A stretch of 64,000 nucleotides of DNA from a virus (taxonomy: Duplodnaviria; Heunggongvirae; Uroviricota; Caudoviricetes): IMG/VR virus record IMGVR_UViG_2565956719_000002; one strand, 5' to 3'. The position numbers and the translations under genes are program-made. A model generated the notes under the pieces. It was not told the DNA's origin. It saw only the letters and a list, made by a program, of their open reading frames with translations, and ran no database searches. This document shows positions 63,742 to 64,000 of this stretch, piece after piece; within the stretch, counting starts at the first letter, position 1, and each line of letters begins with the position of its first letter.

Positions 63742-63956
63742 TGCTTAGCCTCTCCACCAAGGGCATTTACCAGAGCATCAACCAGGCACGAAATTTCACT
63801 GGTCAACAGGAAGAAATCTGCGTCCAGTCGCTGCGCAACATCTTCACTATCAATATCAGAGTTCTGCTCAAGCAATTCATCCGCAAATTTGACGCTGGTA
63901 AGGCTGAAGTTATGGTCCAGTGTAAATTTAATGCGGTTCTGCCAGTCGAGTGCCAA
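63738..63956 (-). CDS. Hypothetical protein (possibly 3-prime part of a gene running past the window edge)
   Basis: 72-aa ORF whose stop overlaps dmt start. Confidence 0.3.
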
Positions 63957-64000
63957 CTTAGTGACGAGCTTGCCAGCTTCCAGGTGTGTGGAAATTTCAT

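Overview
This window reads as one contiguous segment of a P1-like temperate phage-plasmid (Enterobacteriaceae type). All assignments are by eye from the six-frame ORF track and the DNA; no database search was run. Order, left to right: (1) 3-prime end of a tail-fibre gene inside an invertible segment, with a tail-fibre assembly gene, a silent alternative fibre end on the other strand, a hix/gix-like crossover site and a Cin/Gin/Pin/Hin-family serine invertase; (2) holin/antiholin-like genes and a head-internal anti-restriction operon (Hdf, DarA, DdrA, DdrB-like); (3) a terminase-ATPase-like paralog, ssb, lysozyme, prohead protease and portal; (4) a 2255-aa DarB-like methyltransferase-helicase; (5) an accessory segment; (6) the immunity/recombination core: Cre with a canonical 34-bp loxP, Coi-like and C1-like repressor genes, flanked on each side by an antirepressor module (C1-operator-like box, putative c4-like antisense-RNA leader, 73-codon coupled ORF, antirepressor gene) in inverted orientation; (7) pacB-pacA with the two TGATCA hexamer clusters of a pac site, lpa-like, phd-doc, humD with a LexA box, hot; (8) a long leftward array of small early-type genes (Ea22-like and DUF551-like paralogs, nucleases, lambda-type Ser/Thr phosphatase, two glycosyltransferase-like genes); (9) a rightward block of structural/baseplate-like genes; (10) DnaB-type helicase (Ban-like), three tRNAs (Ile2/Met-CAU, Thr-UGU, Asn-GUU) with tRNA-like fragments, and a fused C5-cytosine/N6-adenine DNA methyltransferase. 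About thirteen copies of a 17-mer close to ATTGCTCTAATAAATTT (the P1 C1-operator consensus as I recall it) sit in front of many operons, and a second shared motif (AACAAGTGACT...TAnnnT) sits in front of late-type genes. No integrase, rRNA, CRISPR array, IS transposase or type III res/mod genes are present. Most worth a second look: the two diverged antirepressor modules bracketing c1-loxP-cre, a nuclease-less PacB-like ATPase paralog, the asymmetric invertible tail-fibre segment, the glycosyltransferase-containing clusters, and tRNA-like repeats around the tRNA genes.
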